Shown: in pieces, positions 26,577 through 38,430 of the stretch
How the letters are laid out: the number at the start of each line of letters is the position of its first letter
Position numbering within the stretch: the stretch's first letter is position 1
NCBI RefSeq assembly: GCF_006345805.1
Contig: NC_043009.1
Coordinates: 29,016,001-29,080,000, forward strand
DNA from: Octopus sinensis
Lineage: Eukaryota
Direction: 5' to 3'
DNA: 64,000 nucleotides
The notes under the pieces: model-generated
The model's database searches: none
What the model was told of the DNA's origin: nothing
The model's input: only the letters and a program-made list of their open reading frames with translations
Translations under genes and position numbers: made by a program

Positions 26577-26736
26577 AATATATATGTCCAAATCATTTAT
26601 TATATATATAATAAATAATTTGGACAAAATAAGTCTAAGTTGATTAGTGTGTTTAATTGTTGAGCAGAGCACTTGATGATCATATAACAACAAGCCAGCC
26701 AACACTAAAAATCTCTAGTGAGACTTCTTTCTCAAT

Positions 26737-26775
26737 GTACCTGAAGAGACTGATGGGTCGAAACATATGTTGTAC
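26737..26775 (+). ncRNA. Minimal type I hammerhead ribozyme, intact
   Basis: GTAC-CTGAAGA-GAC-tgatgg-GTC-GAAAC-ATAT-GTT/GTAC. Helix III is palindromic (AACATATGTT). AATAAA is at 26778 and (TA)n at 26821. Confidence 0.85.
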
Positions 26776-26820
26776 TTAATAAAGGTCTGATGCAAAATCC
26801 ATCTCTTATTAATTAATACC

Positions 26821-26851
<31 letters not shown>

Positions 26852-27064
26852 TAGATAGATATTTAAGAAAGAAAAATATGTAAAAAATGCTCCGGAGATT
26901 TGTATAATAAAATTTATGCTAATATTAAGATCATAATGGAACAAAGAGATGTATTACAACATTATATAATAAACTGGGGGTACCGGTTTCGTGTCTTATG
27001 CTTATCAAACTTCCTAGGTAAGTCATGGGAGAGGGCACCATTTTTGGTGTTGACATATATTATA

Positions 27065-27272
27065 TGCCTCGTCTGGCACCTGTGTCGGTGGCACATAAAA
27101 TCACCCACTACACTCTCGGAGTGGTTGGCGTTAGGAAGGGCATCCAGCTGTAGAAACACTGCCAGATCTGACTGGCCTGGTGCAGCCTTCGGGCTCCCCA
27201 GACTCCAGTTGAACCGTCCAACCCATGCTAGCATGGAAAGCGGACGTTAAATGAAGATGATGATGATGATGA
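27065..27272 (+). mobile_element. RTE 3' tail
   Basis: CACTACACTCTCGGAGTGGTTGGCGTTAGGAAGGGCATCCAGCTGTAGAAAC..GCATGGAAAGCGGACGTTAAATG. Confidence 0.85.
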
Positions 27273-27448
27273 TATATATACCAAATGAAGAGGATTGACC
27301 AGTAAAAGTGGACAGCCTGTATGCTAGATATAGACGTCAAAATCACCATTTTCCACGGAGAATGTCCTCTCAAGAAAAATTTCAGCAAAAAACCAAAGCG
27401 TAAAAATAGGTAAGACAAATGAAAATATATGAAATAAAAAACGGTTAC

Positions 27449-27524
27449 CTATGTACTAATTAGTTTCACTTGTTAATAATTTACATATATGAATACATAA
27501 ACATCTGCAAGATCATCAGCTTAG
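27449..27524 (-). ncRNA. Type I hammerhead motif with a U.U pair at the base of helix II
   Basis: Reverse complement: CTAAG-CTGATGA-T-CTTG..CAAG-T-GAAAC-TAATTA-GTA/CATAG. Helix III is palindromic (ACTAATTAGT), and helix I has 4 of 5 pairs. Confidence 0.65.
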
Positions 27525-28152
27525 TCTGTCATTTACGAAACACAATTTCTAGAACTAGATACAGGGCGTTCGACCAAAATCCAGCATTATATAAAGTTCC
27601 ACAAATTATATTTACGTGTATCTTTCAAATGCCTTCACTTCTATATATATACAGAAAGATAGATAGATATACATACATACATATACACACATACACACAC
27701 ACACACACATACACATACACACACTTAAAATTAGATATATATATAAGCACGCATAAAATTCAAGAGGATTTGTAGATTAGTAAAACATTTGTTTAGCATA
27801 ACAAACGAAAGAATCTGATCTTTCAGAGACTATTTTTTCATAATCTATTACCATTGTCACGTTAAGAACCTCCACAAATTGTCTTAGATTCTGCCAATGT
27901 ACTTCGTTTTTACTTTCTTTGTTCAGCTTGGCATTTATGAGGTTCGTATGATATAGGATCGCGTATATAAATGTGTTTGTGTATACATGTGTGTATGGTT
28001 TGTATGTGTAATGTGTACTTACACACCCATATATATATATGTATTTACATACCCGTATACATGTTCTCATGGATACACACATCTATCTATATACCTGTCC
28101 GTCTGTTTTTCTGTCTCTCTGTCAGTCTCTCTCACCTTCTCTTGTTATATAA

Positions 28153-28202
<50 letters not shown>

Positions 28203-28448
28203 AACTAGCTTTTATTTTTTTACTTTTTCAGACATTGATATATCTATCACGAGGTGTAATTAATTAAAAGTACTTTATTTCTCTTCAGATTTCTTTTTTT
28301 GTATTTCAGCTCATAATGCACAAGTGAACCGTCATAATTTCTCTTCCAAATATGACACCATTTTGATTTCTTGTCTGCAAAGAAGACATCTGAATGGAAA
28401 TTGTAGCATACATAAGTGGAAACACTTCTGCTTACAATATTATTATCG

Positions 28449-28800
28449 TTCTTTCTTCTTCTTCTTCTTCTTCTTCTTCTTCTTCTTCTCCTTCTTCTTC
28501 TTCTTCTTCTTCTTCTTCTCTTCTTCTTCTCTTCTTCTTCTTCATCTCCTTCTTCTTCTTCATCTCATTCTTCTTCATCTCCTTCTTCTCCTCCTTCTTC
28601 TTCTTCTTCTTCATCGTCTCCTTCTCCTTCTCCTTCTCCTCCTCCTCCTCCTCCTTCTTCTTCTTCCTCCTCCTCCACCTTCTCCTCCTCCCCACCACCA
28701 CCACCTCCACCACCACCACCACCACCACTCCACCACTACCACCACCACAACAACAACAACAACCATCATCATTATCATCATCATCATCACCATCATCATC
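28449..28800. repeat. Compound microsatellite (CTT)-(CCT)-(CCA)-(CAA)-(TCA)
   Basis: Direct inspection. Confidence 0.95.
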
Positions 28801-29600
28801 CTTTTGTTTTACTCCCATTATGTAACAATGTCATTTTTACTTCTTTCCAGATATGATTTATTTAACTATTACCAAACAACGTTTCCTTCAGACTACTTGA
28901 GAAATAGGATTATAATTACTTCAAGAATGCTTACCCTCAACACTTGGAATGAAGAAAAAAAACAAGTTTGTTTTACAAAGTTTTAAAATTTTCTTTGCAC
29001 ACATTATTGTTTGACATTCAAAATGGCTACTCTACAGACATGACACAAATAAACGCTACAAAGGCTGCAGAACATACAACTACACGTACAAAAATGCTGT
29101 AAATGAAAGTTTTTTAGTGAATAATTAATTGATAAAAACATCTATAAAGTTCTTTGGAAACTGATGGCTACAGCAACAACAACAAAAGTTGTGACAACTC
29201 TTGTTCAGAATCTTCCTGTAACATGAAGTAAACAAACAGAATTTTGAGATCTGTTATAGTTATATTAAAACAAAACAAAAACAACTGTGGTGGGAATTTT
29301 ATAAAATTAAAAAAAATTTTTTTGTCAAAGGAATCAAGAGGTAAAAATTACATCCTTCTAGTTCTGGCAGGATGGTAGTGTTCAAACTTTGCCCTCATGT
29401 TGAGTGGTACAACTGGGAACTCGGCTGATCTTTAGAGAAATTCACTTAACTGTATAAACGTGGCCCTTATAGCTGTACCTTCAAAACTGTGGACACAGCC
29501 AAAATGCAAACTGAAATAGTCAGGCTCACCCATAACTATTTCATATATATATAACTATATAGGGGTTATAGGGAATTTCACTTTAAGCCTATTTGCTGTA

Positions 29601-29806
29601 AAAAATTTTGGCAGAGAAAAGAGAGCTGTTTTCTTAAATTTTGGCAGAGAAAAAGAGAGTTGTTTTCTTAAAATTTGGCTGAGAAAAGAGAGCTGTTTTC
29701 TTAAAATTTGGCAGAGAGAAGAGAGCTGTTTTCTTAAAATCTGGCAGAGAAAAGAGAGCTGTTCCCTTAAAATTTGGCAGGGAAAAGAGAGCTGTTTTCT
29801 TAAAAT
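29601..29806. repeat. 33-bp minisatellite, six copies
   Basis: Unit AAAATTTGGCAGAGAAAAGAGAGCTGTTTTCTT; one copy is 34 bp. Confidence 0.95.
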
Positions 29807-30193
29807 GGTAACTTCATCAACTAACCTACCAATTAGAGAAAGGTAATTTCTTTAAGATGCGTTATCATGTTTACAGTCTGCCTATGTGACTCCTTTACAA
29901 TAAAATTTCAAATGGCAAATTTTCCCATGGCAAAAGCGTTTACAACAAATTTTTCTGGACATGTTACATATGGATCAAAGAAACTTAATCCTAAATAATG
30001 TAGATCTGTGACTAGCTATAATTTTTATAATTCAGTATTGGGGAATGGACAAAGTTAGACTAAAAGAGGGGTGATGTGTGGTCAGGAAGCATCAAAATGA
30101 ACTTGCAAGTCCTTATGACGACTAAAAGCTACAATGTCATATATACATATATGTATATGTATATATGTATATTTATGTGTATATATATAGATG

Positions 30194-30224
<31 letters not shown>

Positions 30225-30254
30225 GTATAAGGGTGGAAAGGAACACACGAGTTG

Positions 30255-30718
30255 ATATATATGAAAAAACAAATCAAAAATAGAAAATGCTAAGATGATT
30301 TTATAGTGAATCTTTCAGTACCGGTTTCGGTCATTTTGAGACCTTTTCAACTGTAACGATTAAATAATTAAATTTTGAAAAATTTAGAAAAATTAGAAGA
30401 AAGGTTTTTTTAAAGGAATACTTCCATAGTAGTGTTCAGATATATGTGGCATTCTGCCTTTCTCTGACTCCCTTGTTTGCACTCACACAAGTGCAAACAA
30501 GGGAGTCAGAGAAAGGCAGAATGCCACATATATCTGAACACTACTATGGAAGTATTCCTTTAAAAAAACCTTTCTTCTAATTTTTCTAAATTTTTCAAAA
30601 TTTAATTATTTAATCGTTACAGTTGAAAAGGTCTCAAAATGACCGAAACCGGTACTGAAAGATTCACTATAAAATCATCTTAGCATTTTCTATTTTTGAC
30701 TTGTTTTTTCATATATAT
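30255..30718. repeat. Near-perfect palindrome with 229-bp arms and a 6-nt loop, ending in (TA)n
   Basis: Arms are 30255-30483 and 30490-30718, with loop CACACA; I saw one mismatch. Confidence 0.95.
30620..30657 (+). ncRNA. Minimal hammerhead with a U3-A8 variant core; mirror copy at 30316-30353 on the minus strand
   Basis: CAG-TTGAAAA-GGTC-tcaaaat-GACC-GAAAC-CG-GTA/CTG. Helix III is palindromic (ACCGGT). Confidence 0.7.
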
Positions 30719-30769
30719 ATATATATATATATACACATACATGTATGTATATGTCATGTAAAAAAACAT

Positions 30770-31030
30770 CCAGTCCACACTGTAAAGTGGTTGGCACTTA
30801 GAAGGGCATCCAACTCTAAAAACCATGCCAAAACTGACCCCACCACTGCTGGTGCCACATAAAAAGCACTCTGTGGTTAGTGTTAGGAAGGGCATCCAGC
30901 CATAAAAAAACCATACCAAAACAAACACAGAAGTCTGGTACAGTCTCCTGCCTGGCCAACTCCAGCCAAACTGTCCAACCCATGCCAACATGGAAAGCGG
31001 ACATTAACCAATGATGATGATGATGATGAT
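30770..31030 (+). mobile_element. RTE-type 3' tails
   Basis: Two GGAAGGGCATCC blocks, then CCCATGCCAACATGGAAAGCGGACATTAA-(GAT)n. Confidence 0.75.
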
Positions 31031-31054
31031 GATGCACACACACACACACATATA

Positions 31055-31192
31055 CACGATGGACTTCTTTCAGTTTTTGTCTACCAAATTCACTCGCAAG
31101 GCTTTGGTTAGCTCGAAGTACCTAAGACACCACTCATTGGGACTGAACCCAGAAACACGTGGTTGGAAAGCAAGCTTCTTACCACATGCTCT
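31055..31192 (-). mobile_element. CORE-type SINE family B fragment
   Basis: CTTCTTTCAGTTTTTGTCTACCAAATTCACTCGCAAGGCTTTGG..GCTTCTTACCACATG. Confidence 0.75.
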
Positions 31193-31918
31193 GCTTTTGA
31201 CCATTTTCTCATGAACTCTGGACAAATAACAAATTTTTATCGTCCATGCAAGGACTTCAACTGAAATATTAGGGATGCTCCAGCCAACGGCCTGTCAACT
31301 TAAGAAACATCATACTTCAAACCTCTCTTTCTCTCTCTCTTACTCTCCTTTATATGTGTGTGTGTGTGTGTCTGTATTTCACTGTGTGCATATGAGTGTA
31401 TGCAGGTGGTGGGAGTGTGTGTGACTTCTAAAGAATGATCAATTTTTTCTGTTGCTACAAATAAAATTCTCTTTTATATCAAAAGGACAAAACTTTTATT
31501 CATATTTCTATGTTCGTAGTTTCCATATGTGTGTGTGTGTGTGTGTATATGACCCCCCACACATAATGCCTGTGTCATCATCATGTCTATATATGTATAT
31601 ATATATATACACATATGTGTGTGTTTATATTTATACTATATATGCACATATACACACATACATAGACATTTATAGAAACATGTGTGTTTGTACGTGTGTG
31701 TGTGTGTAAGTATACATATACATTTAATTACTTTAGCTTTATTAAACAAGATCAGTCATGGATTTCCCTCCCTTTGAGTTCTTTGAAATAATCGGCAATT
31801 GTTCAAAATTTGATTCTGTTATTTCTGATCTCCCATGACTTGTAAACAAGAGAGTAAGCAAACATAGACATCAAGATAAATAAAAAAACCCACAAAATGA
31901 AAATAATAATAATAATAG

Positions 31919-31952
<34 letters not shown>

Positions 31953-32834
31953 GTAATAATGAACATACAAACAAAATATTTTGTCTTTGTAAATGTAAAA
32001 ACCGAAACTGGAAATGAAAATGAATGACAGAACATGAAGTTGTCTATAGCATTTATGAACCAGGTTATTTCTACAAACTCCAGTTCTTCTGCAGTTCCAC
32101 TACCACCAGCCTTTTTCCAAAATTCTGGCACATGGACAGAGAGAGCGAGTGAGAGAGAGAGAGGGTGAGTGAGAGAGAGAGAGGGTGAGTGAGAGAGAGA
32201 TAGTGAGTAAGAGGGAGTGAGTAAGAGGGAGCAAAAGAGCGAGCGAGAGAGAGAGAGAGAGAGAGGGGGGGATATATTATGTGTTTGAAGATTTTTACCA
32301 ATTACTGTCAGTGTACATTGGTGTTGCATCTTCAATTCATTTGGACATCAGACACAAATCTTTTCATTATATTTGTTCTGCTAACGTCTACTGTAGCTAT
32401 TCTATCTTTGATGTTTATTTATCTGTTTGTTCGTTCTTTTTTGTTTTTTTTTGCAGTACTTATTTATGTATTTATTCCTTTTCTTCCTAAACAGTCAGCT
32501 GATATAAACAACTCCATATGTCGAAGACTTTATGTTTCTTTGTTTTGTGTTTATTCTTCACAATTTTTTTTTTGTGTGTGTTTATTCATTAAAAAAAAAA
32601 TTTCCATATTTTTTATTTTATTTTGCTGGCAAGAATTAACAAAGATTTTTAAAAATTTTTATCTATTTATTTCCAAATGGGAAGATATATATAATAAAGG
32701 TTAAATTTTTCAAGAGAATGCCCTTCCTACAACAGAAAACCAAACAGCAAATGAAGAATAGAACATATTTGGAAGCTGGGAGACAAACTGAGGCAGGTGT
32801 ATTAGATTATTATGCAAATATAAATTAGATGTAA

Positions 32835-33260
32835 GGTGGGAGAACCGTTAGCATGCTGGGCAAAATGCTTAGTTATTTCTTTACTACCCACAAGGGGCTA
32901 AACATAGAGGGGACAAACAAGGACAGACTAACGGATTAAGTCGATTACATCGACCCCAGTACATAACTGGTACTTGTTTAATCGACCCTGAAAGGATGAA
33001 AGGCGAAGTCGACCTTGGCGGAATTTGAACTCAGAATGTAACGGCAGACGAAATACGGCTACACATTTCGTCCGGCATGCTAACGGTTCTGCCAGCTCAC
33101 CACCTTTAAAATGCTTAGTGGCATTTTCTCCATATTTGCATTCTGAATTCAAATTCCATCCTTTCAGGGTTGGTATCATAGGTACCAGTTGGTTACTGGG
33201 GTGGATGTAGTCAACTTACCCCCTACTCTGAATTTGCTGCTTTTGTGCCAAAACTTGGAA
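32835..33260. mobile_element. Family A SINE (+) interrupted by an opposite-strand family A SINE (~32875-33105)
   Basis: A plus-strand head and tail flank the reverse-strand core GACCCTGAAAGGATGAAAGGCGAAGTCGACCTTGGCGG. Confidence 0.75.
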
Positions 33261-33288
33261 CCAATAGAAATTACATTATTTATCTTTG

Positions 33289-33378
33289 ACAACATTTTGG
33301 CTGATATACCCTTCAGGCTTTATCAGGTGTCTTGGGGAAATTTCAAACCTGGGTTCTCATTCCTAAGATATTTTACGA

Positions 33379-33409
<31 letters not shown>

Positions 33410-33715
33410 TTTCAGGTCACTGCTTGTAATCGAACTCAGAATCTTGGGGTTAGTAGCCCATGCACTTAACCACTACACAATATGCCCATGTGACCTGAAT
33501 AACAACAACAACAACAATGATAATAATAATAACATCGAAAAATACCTCAGGAATGAGAACCCAAGTTCGAAATTTCCCCAAGACACCTGATGAAGGCTGG
33601 AGGGTATATCAGCCGAAACATTGTGTTAACAACAAACAAGATGAGGACAAATATCCATCAAATATAAATAATGTAAATAATGTAGATAATTCCTGATCTC
33701 TTAAATATAGAACTG
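33289..33715. mobile_element. tRNA-headed SINE carrying a hammerhead, in a head-to-head inverted arrangement
   Basis: The minus copy has a tRNA-like head (33411-33490), (AAT)n and a decayed HHR (33289-33331). The plus copy is 5'-truncated and carries an HHR at 33582-33627. Confidence 0.8.
33582..33627 (+). ncRNA. Type I hammerhead motif with one helix III mismatch
   Basis: GACAC-CTGATGA-A-GGCTG-gagggtatat-CAGCC-GAAAC-ATT/GTGTT. The left copy has GTT at this position, which implies an ancestral AACGTT palindrome. Confidence 0.75.
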
Positions 33716-33799
33716 CAATAGAAATTAGTTGTCACAATTAGTTGATCTCATAAATGTCTAGATTTTTGGTGTACTACTAGAGTCTCTGTTGTATTCTTT

Positions 33800-34230
33800 T
33801 ACTTGTTGCAGTCATTTTGACTGTGGCCATGCTGGAACACCGCCTTTAGTCGAACAAATCGACCCCAGGATTTATTCTTTGTAAGCCTGGTACTTATTCT
33901 ATTGGTCTGTTGTGCCAAACTGCTAAGTTTCAGGGACATAAACACTCCAACATCGGTGATACTGGTGTCATGCAAATGGCACCCATACCAGTGGCATATA
34001 AAAGCACCCATTACATTCTCAGAGTGGTTGGCATTAGGAAGGGCATCCAGCCGTAGAATACCATGCCAAATCAGGTTAGAGTCTGGTGCAGCCTTCCAGC
34101 TTACCAGCCTTGGTCAAGCCGTCTAACCCATGCCAGCATGGACAATGGATATTAAATGGTGATGATGATGATGATGATGATGATGAGGATGATGATGATG
34201 AGGATGATGAGGATGATGAGGATGATGATA
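33800..34230. mobile_element. Family B 3' module (minus, ~33800-33955) plus an RTE tail (plus, ~33975-34230)
   Basis: GACTGTGGCCATGCTGGAACACCGCC..; then GAGTGGTTGGCATTAGGAAGGGCATCC..(GAT)n. Confidence 0.75.
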
Positions 34231-35171
34231 TTTATAAAAAATTCAAATAATACAAGGAAACAGAAAATAGATGCTGAAATGAAGATCCCAATTTAAATAA
34301 TTTTGATGAAGATTCTAATAAAAGAATCATCAATGTTTCTTAAAACAATTCTTTTACTATTTCTTTGTGGTTAAAGAAATTATATATTTACCATTTTCTT
34401 CACAGTGTAAGAACCAATATCCATGATAATATTTGGAATGACTACAAAGAACACGTGTAAACCTATTTCCATACATATTTGTCTGTTGAATATCGGTCAA
34501 ATATCTATTGATTAATAACAGTCGCATTTAAAGACAACGCTTTATAGAATATTTACCAGATTGTTGAAGCAAAGTGATCACCTTGAATATTTCTCTTCAT
34601 TTCTATTCCACTTTCTTCCTTTCTCTCCCTTCTCACCATATCTGTCTTTCTTTATTTTTCTTGGAGAAAATTGCTGATGATGAAGAAATGGGTGACTGAA
34701 TGAGACGAAAAATGTTGTGACACATTTACATATTTTGGAATGGTGTTGTTCTAACTGTTAATTAGCCAGGTAATGTATGTGCCAGCATGGACGTCATACA
34801 TACATGCACTTTTACATACATAAATACACATACATACATATATATACACACACTAATACAGATATATATCTAAGCATACATATACATATACAATATATGC
34901 ATACACATGTACACTTATACAAAGGCATAATTCTACATCTATTTGAATGTATGTATGTATGTATATGTGAGTGTATACATGTGCTTATACATATGCATCT
35001 GAGTGTGTCACATTCAGTTCAATCATATGAATACTGGACGAGCATTTTCTACTTTAGCCATGGGCTCACTAAATCTTCGTGAAAGGATTTGCTAGATAGA
35101 AACAGAAAGAAGCTCATCATATATATAACTATGCATACATATATATAGATACATATATATGATGATGATGA

Positions 35172-35248
<77 letters not shown>

Positions 35249-35453
35249 CTTATATATATTTATATATGTATATATATATATATATACACATATATATATG
35301 TGGAGCCTGGTACAACCTTCTGGCTTGCCAGTCCTCAGTCATACCATCCAACCCATGCCAACATAGAAAGCGGACGTCAAATAATGATGACAAAAGATGA
35401 TGATGATATGTATATATATATATATATGTATATATATGTATATATATATACAT

Positions 35454-35500
<47 letters not shown>

Positions 35501-35839
35501 CATCATCTGTGTCTATATATATATATATTTAGACACAGATAGACAGATAGATATGCATATATATATTGTATGTTTGTGTGTAACATTGTCTTAATTTCAT
35601 GATGTTCGTAAACGACTCATCATTATCCTATAAGTAATGCTTCATTTCTCATTTTCTGCCTTTTGAGAGAAGCATGACTGGCTCTGAGGAAATATTACCT
35701 TGTTTGGAAACAGGTGAGTTTTAGCAACAAGAAGGGCATCCTGCAAACAACAAATTTGCCTCATAAAATTCTGACCCATGCAATCATGGAAAAGTGGATG
35801 GTTAAATGATGATGATGATGATAATGATCTGCATATCTA

Positions 35840-36060
<221 letters not shown>

Positions 36061-37219
36061 TCTATATATATATTGATAAAGAGAGAGAGTGAAAGAGAGA
36101 GAGAGCGAGTGAGAGAGAGAGAGAGAGAAGCAGGACTAGTGTGATGAAGAAATTATCATTTAAGTTTAAATTTTCCTTCATCCTGTGTCTCATTAAAACC
36201 AAATATTTTTCGAAAGGCTTGTAAATTTTCTTCTCTCTGCTCTGTTAAACATATAACTATGCTAATAAGAAGGGATTTTTAAGCAATCCTCAGTCAATCT
36301 GGTGTAGTCATTCAGTAAGCTTTTATCTGATGTGACCTTAATGCAATAAAACAGATTTTTTTGAAATATGTTTTCCATTAACGAGGCAACCACTTGTGAC
36401 AATGGAATTACAATTAAGAGGAGAAACCTTATTATTGTTGGAAAAATTTGGGGAATTAAAATGCTTTTTGAGATTGCAAAGTTTTTACGGATCTAGCATC
36501 CCTTAGTAATATTTCTATGAAAATATTAAGCTGTCGATGATTCATCAGAAAATAAAAAGTGATTATACGTATGAGGTATTTGGTAATATGTGTTATTACA
36601 TTTAAACTAACAGGTGTATTATATTGTGAATTATTTCTTGGTCTATATTTACACCTAAGGGTAGTAGAGCATTCTGTCATTCCTGTATGGCCACTATTAT
36701 GATGGGCCTCATTTTAATTATGGAAAGCACCAAAGTTGTCTCACTGCAAGACAATGAATAAATTTTGATTAAGAGTAGGCTGGAATTCAAATTCTTATTT
36801 ATCTAAAAAAATATTCTGTTTGTTTTGGGGGAGGGCATAAATGCATTTGTATCAAAGTTAATATCCAGGATTTATCATCTTCAGCATAGCTTTATCTGTA
36901 TTTCATAAGTTTATTTTTACTAAGTATATTTTTGCGAATTTTTAAAAATCCATTTACTTCATACAAGCTCTTATTGTGTGAGTCCATAATCTCTGTATAT
37001 GTTATCTTACTGGTTAAAAAATTGCTTATCATCTATGAAAAATGTCCAAAATATAGCTGCAAATATGGAACAATATAGGTTTCTGCACCTCTATTTTGAA
37101 CGATTTAAAATACTCTTATATAAATCAAAATATTACCCTTACACTGTACACACATAGACACAGATACACACACAGACACATGCACACTCACCTACATATA
37201 TGCATATATATATGTATAT

Positions 37220-37262
<43 letters not shown>

Positions 37263-37609
37263 TAATATATATATATATAAAAGCAAAAATTAGTAGGGTG
37301 TTAGAACACCACTTGCTATAAACAGAGATATCACTCTAAAACCAGAAATATTTCTCACTATTAAAATACACACAGTGAATGCAGCAAACATAACAAAAAT
37401 AGGCTTACCTCATATGAACTACAGAAGTAAGGAATACAGATATTCCAGGATCAACTGATTTCACTTTTAGTATGATTACATACTTAAAGCTCTTCAGCCA
37501 GACTTACTACAAATCATCTGTTTTTGAGATATTCATCACATTACACTATCTGCATTCTTTCATTTGAATGCTCCTGCAACATTCAAAAACAAATAAAATG
37601 TTAGCCATC

Positions 37610-38430
37610 ATCATCATCATCATCGTTTAACGTCCGTTTTTCATGCTAGCATGGGTTGGACAGTTTAACAGGGGTCTGGGAAGCCAGGAGGCTGCACCAG
37701 GCTCCAGTCTGATCTGGCAGTGTTACTACAGCTAGATGCCCTTCCTAACACCAACTGCTCCGTGAGTGTAGTGGGTGCTTTTTACATGTCACCGGCACAG
37801 GGGCCAGGGGAGGCTGGCAACAGCCACGATTGGTTGGTGCCTTTTACATGCCACCAGCATGGAAGACAGTCAAGATGGCACTGGCATCGGCTACATTTAG
37901 ATAGTGCTTTTTACATGCCACCGGCACGGGTATCACAACTACAATTTCTATTTGATTTATATTTTGATGTTGATGTTGATATTCTTGACTTAATAGGTCT
38001 CCTCAAGCACAGTAGGTCGCCCTACCATCCAAGGTAAGCACAGCAGGTCGTCCTATGATCCAAAGTACTTTGAATGGGCTGAGGCTGGTTATGTGAAGAT
38101 GGCATAGGATACACTGTGGACTCACTTTATTAGTCAGGTCTTCACAGTCATAGCATATCCCCAGAGGTCTTGGTCTTTTGTCATTGCCTCTGTGAAGCCC
38201 AACGTTCAAAGGACATGCTTGACCCCCTCATCCCAGGTCTTCCTGGGTCTACCTCTACCTCAGATTCCTTCAACTGTTTGGGAGTGGCACTTCTTCACAC
38301 ATCTCTCCTCATCCATCTGCAGTACACAACCATACCAGCACAAACATCTCTTTTGCACGCCACATCCAATGCTTCTTGTGCCCAAAATTTCTCTCAGGGC
38401 ATTTACACTCTATCATATGCACACTTATAT
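37610..38430 (-). mobile_element. RTE LINE 3' end with RT C-terminal remnant
   Basis: The minus strand gives CGVQKRCLCWYGCVLQMDEERCVKKCH..GRGRPRKTWDEGVKH..LGFTEAMTKDQDLW, followed by the RTE tail. Confidence 0.85.

Noticed and set aside
27777-27960. Minus-strand frame NAKLNKESKNEVHWQNLRQFVEVLNV..
   Set aside because: It starts in a microsatellite and has no clear acceptor or recognisable domain.
32040-32124. Minus-strand exon candidate EFWKKAGGSGTAEELEFVEITW after a (CT)n tract
   Set aside because: The pyrimidine tract is a microsatellite, there is no convincing donor, and no homology was recognised.
33411-33499. DNA transposon with TTCAGGTCAC/GTGACCTGAA TIRs
   Set aside because: The apparent TIR is better explained as the start of the inverted second copy of the same SINE.
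37409-37454. Minus-strand 46-nt exon candidate ending at GAG|GTAAGC
   Set aside because: The acceptor is weak and the peptide is too short to evaluate.
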